NCBI GenBank assembly: GCA_004554165.1 | Contig: SFNQ01000007.1 | Coordinates: forward strand, 1,220 to 65,219 | DNA from: Clostridiales bacterium | GTDB lineage: Bacteria > Bacillota > Clostridia > Christensenellales > CAG-138 | Length of the DNA: 64,000 nucleotides | Direction of reading: 5' to 3' | Shown here: in pieces, positions 59,495-64,000 of the stretch | Position numbering within the stretch: position 1 is the stretch's first letter | Layout of the letters: each line of letters begins with the position of its first letter | Made by a program: the position numbers and the translations under genes | The notes under the pieces: generated by a model | Told to the model about the DNA's origin: nothing | Seen by the model: the letters and a program-made list of their open reading frames with translations, nothing else | Databases searched by the model: none

Positions 59495-60254
59495 CCAAAA
59501 GACCGGAATTGCAGGCCATGCTGGACAGAGGGACGGCCCGTGGACCTTGCCGCAGCTGCAAGCCTGGCCGCCGTATCCCGCTGGGCGGGAGGGTGCATCC
59601 TGCCCGTTCAGCGGAAAGGGCGGGCTTAACGAAGCAACCCTCTCTCTATTGGAAAAGCTCCTTCCCCGGGCTGGCTGACGAAGCGCGCGCCCCATGCCCC
59701 GAAAATCCCGGCGGCTCTTTGCCTTTCCCCAAAGCGCGCCGCCGCCCTTTTTGCGGGGCAGGTGGCTTTTGGGGCGCGGACGCCTCCCCAATATGCAACA
59801 CCCGATCAGATTTTTTTCAGGGAGGAGTCTTGTTTTTTCTGATTGCCCTGTGCTATATTAATAAAAAGCGTGTAGCGATGAGCGTAAGTCCGGCTCACTC
59901 CTGCGCGCTGTTTTTTTTGTGCGGGAGATCGGTGGACAAGGAGGCGACAGCCGGACTTGGGCGGCGTCACCCGGGGGACGAAATATGCGGACCCCTTGTG
60001 CGGGCGCGCCGGCTTGGGGATATCCGAAACCGCATCGCCCCTTTGGAGCCGCTGCGGCCGGCCGCTTGTGGGCGGCAGAGCCGGCAAAACCTTGCAGGAG
60101 GCGGGTTTTCCTGGCAGATGCAGGCGAAAAAAAGGGACATGCCGGCCCGGCAAAGCCCGCTGGGAGAGAAGGGGCCGACCTGCGGACAGCGCGGGGCGCG
60201 CCTGCTGCCTGCCGGTTGCGGCTTTGCTCACAAAACGAAATATTATGCGGACAC

Positions 60255-60316
60255 GATACATGCGAGCCATCGCAGACACGATACGGTTGCGGCGCCATCG
60301 CATGTATCTTTGTTGT
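60255..60316 (+). terminator. Terminator-like hairpin in the MATE leader (possible attenuator or riboswitch expression platform)
   Basis: Perfect 11-bp stem GATACATGCGA / TCGCATGTATC enclosing 32 nt, followed by TTTGTTGT. Alternative pairings are possible via the repeated ACACGATAC. Confidence 0.4.
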
Positions 60317-60354
60317 CCTGCGGGAGGCGTACGTTGGAACAGGAGGAAGTTACG

Positions 60355-61749
60355 TTGGAACAGAAAGCAAACAATTTTCTTGAAACGGAAAAGATTGGAA
60401 AACTGATGCGCAGGTATTCCGTGCCATGCATCATTTCCCTGATGGTGGCCGCCCTGTATAACATCGTTGATCAGGTCTTTATCGCCAATGCCGATTATCT
60501 TGGCTCTTACGGCAATGCCGCCAACACCGTGGTTTTTCCTTTAACGGTGGTCGCTTTGGCAATTGCGGTAATGCTGGGCGACGGCTGCTGCGCCTTTGTC
60601 AGCATCAGCCTGGGAGCGAATCAGAAGGAGGATGCCGCAGGAAGTATTGGCAGTGCCATTGTGCTCTGCGTCGCCAGCAGCGTTGTTTTGACCGCGCTCT
60701 ATCTGATTTTTATGGAACCGATTCTGACGCTGTTCGGCGGCAGGGTCAATGCGCAAACCTATGCCTGCGCAAAAGAGTATTTCTTCTGGATTGCTCTTGG
60801 CATACCGTTCTATATGTTCGGCCAGGCAATGAACCCGGTCATTCGGTCAGACGGCAGTCCGGTATTCGCCATGTTTGCCACCCTTGCCGGCGCTGTTACA
60901 AACCTGATTCTGGATCCCCTGTTCATTTTTCCGATGCAGATGGGCATGAGAGGCGCGGCAATCGCTACCGTGATCGGGCAGCTGCTGACGGCTGCGCTCT
61001 CACTCTGGTATCTGTTCCATATGAAGGCGGTCAGGCCGGGAAAACTCAGTTTTCGACTCCGCAGAGCTCTGGTGAAGAGACTTCTGGCGCTCGGCCTTAC
61101 CAGCTTTCTGTCCCAGATTTCTCTGGTTGTTTCCATGGCGGCTGTTCAGAATATGTGCATGAAATACGGCGCGATGGACGAAATCTTCGGTCAGGCGGCG
61201 TACGCCCAGATTCCTCTGGCGGTTCTGGGCATCGTCATGAAGTTTTTCCAGGTTGCCATTTCGGTTGCGGTTGGCATGGCCGCCGGCTGTATTCCCATTG
61301 CAGGATACAATATCGGCGCAAAGCGAAACGACCGGGCAAAAGGACTGTTTACCTGCCTGCTGGTTGCGGAAGCAGCCGTTGGCGCGGTAGCGCTTCTGCT
61401 TGTGGAGTTTTTCCCAAACCGGCTGATCGGCATTTTCGGCGCCGGTAACGAAAGCGTTTATTATGCGGAGTTTGCCGTGAGATGTTTTCGCATTTATCTT
61501 TGCATGATGCCCCTTGCGATGGTAAACAAGGGGACGTTCATCTATCTGCAGGCGCTTGGCAGGGCTGCGGAGTCCACCGCGCTTTCACTGATCCGCGAAG
61601 TGGTCTTCGGGGTTCTGCTGCCCGTTGTTCTTCCGGTTTTCTGGGGATTGAACGGACTTTTATATTCCTTCCCTGCGGCGGACGTTCTCACCTTTGCGAT
61701 CACGCTGCTTGTGATCCGCCGAACCTGTCGGCAGCTCAGCGCGAACTGA
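60355..61749 (+). CDS. MATE-family efflux transporter
   Basis: 12-TM profile, ..YSVPCIISLMVAALYNIVDQVFI... TTG 60355 follows AGGAGG. An alternative in-frame TTG at 60334 follows GGGAGG. Confidence 0.9.
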   Translation: MEQKANNFLETEKIGKLMRRYSVPCIISLMVAALYNIVDQVFIANADYLGSYGNAANTVVFPLTVVALAIAVMLGDGCCAFVSISLGANQKEDAAGSIGSAIVLCVASSVVLTALYLIFMEPILTLFGGRVNAQTYACAKEYFFWIALGIPFYMFGQAMNPVIRSDGSPVFAMFATLAGAVTNLILDPLFIFPMQMGMRGAAIATVIGQLLTAALSLWYLFHMKAVRPGKLSFRLRRALVKRLLALGLTSFLSQISLVVSMAAVQNMCMKYGAMDEIFGQAAYAQIPLAVLGIVMKFFQVAISVAVGMAAGCIPIAGYNIGAKRNDRAKGLFTCLLVAEAAVGAVALLLVEFFPNRLIGIFGAGNESVYYAEFAVRCFRIYLCMMPLAMVNKGTFIYLQALGRAAESTALSLIREVVFGVLLPVVLPVFWGLNGLLYSFPAADVLTFAITLLVIRRTCRQLSAN

Positions 61750-61985
61750 TGCCTCGCCCGGAACTGCCCTTAGACCATGGACGCCGGACTTTGCCTGCCA
61801 AACGCGCGGGGCGGTTTCGCGTCCCGCCGGGTATGTTTTTGATGACTTTGTGCAATCGGTTTCCTCGCTTGAACGCCGTTGTATTTCTGAGATGCGGGCT
61901 TTCCGGTGCAGCCGTTTTTTGAAATTTCGGCCCTTTTGTTGACGAAAGTTGCAGGCTGTTGTAAAATAACACCAGTTGGTTTCGT

Positions 61986-62993
61986 TTGGAGGGCTTTGTG
62001 GACGAAGTAACAATTTATGATATCGCAAGGATGGCGAACGTTTCTCCGAGTACCGTTTCCCGAGTGGTCAACAACTATCCTCATGTGAAGAAAACAACCA
62101 GAGCGCGGGTTCAGAAACTGTTGGAAGAGTATCATTACGTTCCAAACGAAACCGCGCGGGGCCTGGTGAACCAGTCCTCGAAAATGATTGGAATTCTGAT
62201 TTCCGATATCCGCACAACGCACCATACGGACGGCGTGTATTATATTGAAAGGGAGCTGTCCAAGCAGGGCTATTCCTGCCTGATTTACAATACGGGCGTA
62301 GCTGCGGAGGAGCAGTCCCGTGCGATTCACCTGATCAGTCAGCGCAAGGTGGATGCGGCAATCCTGATGGGCTCCATTTATCAGACCGATGCGGTGAAGA
62401 AAGCGATTCGGAATTACCTGCCCACAACGCCCGTTGTGATCTGTAACGGATTCCTCGATGCTCCGAATATTTATGGGCTGATTGCGGACGAGCGAAACGG
62501 CGTTTGCGACTGTGTCAGACTGCTGGCGGACAAGGGGAGAAAGCACCCCGCATTTATTGTAGATCATTATACGCCAAGCAACCGGCTGAAACAGGAGGGA
62601 TTTGAAACGGGAATTTCTCAGTATTTTACCGGCCATACCCCGGTGGTTGTAGAATCTGGCGTCTCCACGCAGAACATCTATGACGCCACGGTGGACCTGC
62701 TGCGCAGACGCCCGGAAATCGACGGCATTATCTATGCGGAGGATTTGATGGCGCTCACTGGCATACGGGCCCTGTCGGAACTGCGCATTTCCGTCCCGGA
62801 TGATGTTGCGGTGATAGGTATCAACAACTCAAGATATGCGGAAATCTGCAACCCGCCGCTCACTTCTCTGGACAATATGCTCTATGACCTGAGCCTGACC
62901 GCTGCGAGAAACATGATTGCTTTATTGCAGGGCGGGCATATCAACAAGAAAATGATGATCTGTTCCGAGGTCGTGGAACGCAAAACCACCTAG
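61986..62993 (+). CDS. LacI-family transcriptional regulator
   Basis: ..TIYDIARMANVSPSTVSRVVN.. HTH plus a periplasmic-binding-like core. The start is TTG 61986 or GTG 61998. Confidence 0.9.
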   Translation: MEGFVDEVTIYDIARMANVSPSTVSRVVNNYPHVKKTTRARVQKLLEEYHYVPNETARGLVNQSSKMIGILISDIRTTHHTDGVYYIERELSKQGYSCLIYNTGVAAEEQSRAIHLISQRKVDAAILMGSIYQTDAVKKAIRNYLPTTPVVICNGFLDAPNIYGLIADERNGVCDCVRLLADKGRKHPAFIVDHYTPSNRLKQEGFETGISQYFTGHTPVVVESGVSTQNIYDATVDLLRRRPEIDGIIYAEDLMALTGIRALSELRISVPDDVAVIGINNSRYAEICNPPLTSLDNMLYDLSLTAARNMIALLQGGHINKKMMICSEVVERKTT

Positions 62994-63006
62994 CCCCCAA
63001 AACAGG

Positions 63007-63028
63007 CGCTGCATCGGCAGCGTTTTTT
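63007..63028 (+). terminator. Intrinsic terminator after the LacI-family gene
   Basis: CGCTGC-ATCG-GCAGCG followed by T6. Confidence 0.75.
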
Positions 63029-63612
63029 CTTTGGTCGCTTTCCTGATGCATACGGGCAATTTGAATTTCAACAGAGGCGTGCAGGAGTGTCGTTTTTGGC
63101 AAATATCCGTTTCAGGATACGGTTGCAGAAGAATTTGTGATTCCGGCCTGGAGGAAGCGGAGCGCTCCGGCGGGGCAAAGCCAACGCTGCGGTTTGGCTC
63201 CGGAGCCAGGGGGGTTGCCGTCCCCTGATCGGCACGGAGGCGAGACGGCCGGGCCGTTGGGGGTACGCTGGAAAAGCTGCGCGTGCTGATGGAGCGAAAG
63301 AGAATTCCGCAACGCAGGCAGCGGTGCGGGAAGCGGATGGCGCGGCTTATTCGGCAGGAATGGAGGGGGATGTGCGCTTGCGGTTCACAGGGGCGCGGTT
63401 GCCGGCAGGCTGCAATAATGCTATACTGGAAATGTCCAAAGCATCAAGCGATAAACTCTAAAGAACAGATTTGACTGGGATTGGCAGGAAATGGGCGCTT
63501 CTCGTACAAACCCCGTATGGCGCAGGACAGGGTTGCAATGGATTCTCTGACGGAAACACTTCGATACGCAATGGAAAACATCTGCTGAGGCATCGCAAAC
63601 GGAGGGAGCGGC

Positions 63613-64000
63613 ATGATGCGGAAAAGGAGAAAACCGGGCCGGACAATGATTCGGGCAGGAATCCTGGTTGTGCTGCTGGCAATCCTGTGCGCCATGCTTT
63701 TTGCGCCGGAGTGGATGCGAGAATTATAGAACGCCTTATTGATATGGCAAAGGCATATGGGGTTAAACAGGTTTTATTCACAAGCGGGTATAGGTCTCAT
63801 GAAAAGCAAAAGGAGATTTACGATGCTTATATAGAGGGAGTTAAAGGAGCTAACTATGCCATGGAGCCCTATACAAGTTGGCATGAATATGGTGGTGCTG
63901 TGGACATCTATAGTCCGCAATTGCAAGAGTTACCGAATGCGGCGTTCTTGGAGTTCGGATTATCAAGACCAGCCTATGTGCCCGGAGATCCTGTGTTAAT
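63613..64000 (+). pseudogene. Membrane-anchored M15-family (VanY/L-Ala-D-Glu-type) peptidase, interrupted by a frameshift and cut by the window edge
   Basis: GGAGGG RBS, ATG 63613, a TM anchor, then a stop at 63727-63729. The peptidase domain (..FTSGYRSHEKQ..SWHEYGGAVDI..) continues in another frame from about 63720. One extra T in the T5 run at 63698-63702 would fuse them. Confidence 0.55.

Noticed and set aside
59311-60354. In-frame 348-codon N-terminal extension of the MATE ORF (track ORF 59311-61749)
   Set aside because: The translation is Arg/Gly/Pro/Cys-rich and non-protein-like. The region contains a strong terminator, an AT-rich promoter-like island and a terminator-like hairpin. Good RBS/TTG starts exist at 60334 and 60355, where the 12-TM MATE core begins.

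Overview
High-GC (roughly 60% by eye) Clostridia-type chromosome segment, probably an Oscillospiraceae/Ruminococcaceae-like anaerobic spore former (my inference from SASP genes, nrdDG and protein similarity). It is mostly housekeeping and densely coded. No rRNA, tRNA or CRISPR array was seen. Gene content, in order:
- 3' end of an IS200-type tnpA.
- yjbQ and an SPFH protein.
- A ssnA-ygfK-XdhD-like molybdenum hydroxylase triad (purine/urate-type catabolism), with a divergent ThrC-like PLP enzyme and a BMP-type nucleoside ABC importer.
- serC-serA, nrdD-nrdG (with NrdR boxes), sfsA, and uvrC-maf-xth.
- A Crp-type regulator with a NitT/TauT-like ABC transporter, a hydrolase, a NagB-like protein, UDG and yebC.
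- asp23-yloV-recG, then two tandem SASP genes and a metallophosphoesterase.
- The Bacillus-like lepA-hemW-hrcA-grpE-dnaK-dnaJ block with a perfect CIRCE operator.
- MCP-cheW and a DUF1538 membrane protein with a double P-II protein.
- pgi, a lipoprotein, a TIM-barrel isomerase, a DUF3810 protein and an orphan PLP enzyme.
- A MATE efflux gene, a LacI regulator, and a low-GC M15 peptidase fragment at the right edge.

The most interesting signal is non-coding. A highly structured ~200-245 bp element with terminal inverted repeats occurs three times: 199-398, 37638-37881, and a diverged inverted copy at ~53549-53744. The two young copies are each flanked by a perfect direct duplication of an entire GC-rich palindromic hairpin, 18 bp in one case and 25 bp in the other. 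Removing copy 1 in silico restores the tnpA stop codon. The diverged copy keeps the hairpins through compensatory changes. This looks like a hairpin-targeting non-autonomous mobile element or structured RNA family that I cannot assign to a known family from sequence alone.

Secondary observations:
- REP-like hairpin families.
- Several 500-900 bp ORF-free GC-rich gaps, some ending in orphan intrinsic terminators.
- A terminator-like leader and a duplicated translation-initiation region upstream of the MATE gene.
- A likely leaderless mRNA.
- A T5-run frameshift combined with an abrupt GC drop at the right edge.

All coordinates were hand-indexed from the sequence, and small boundary errors are possible.
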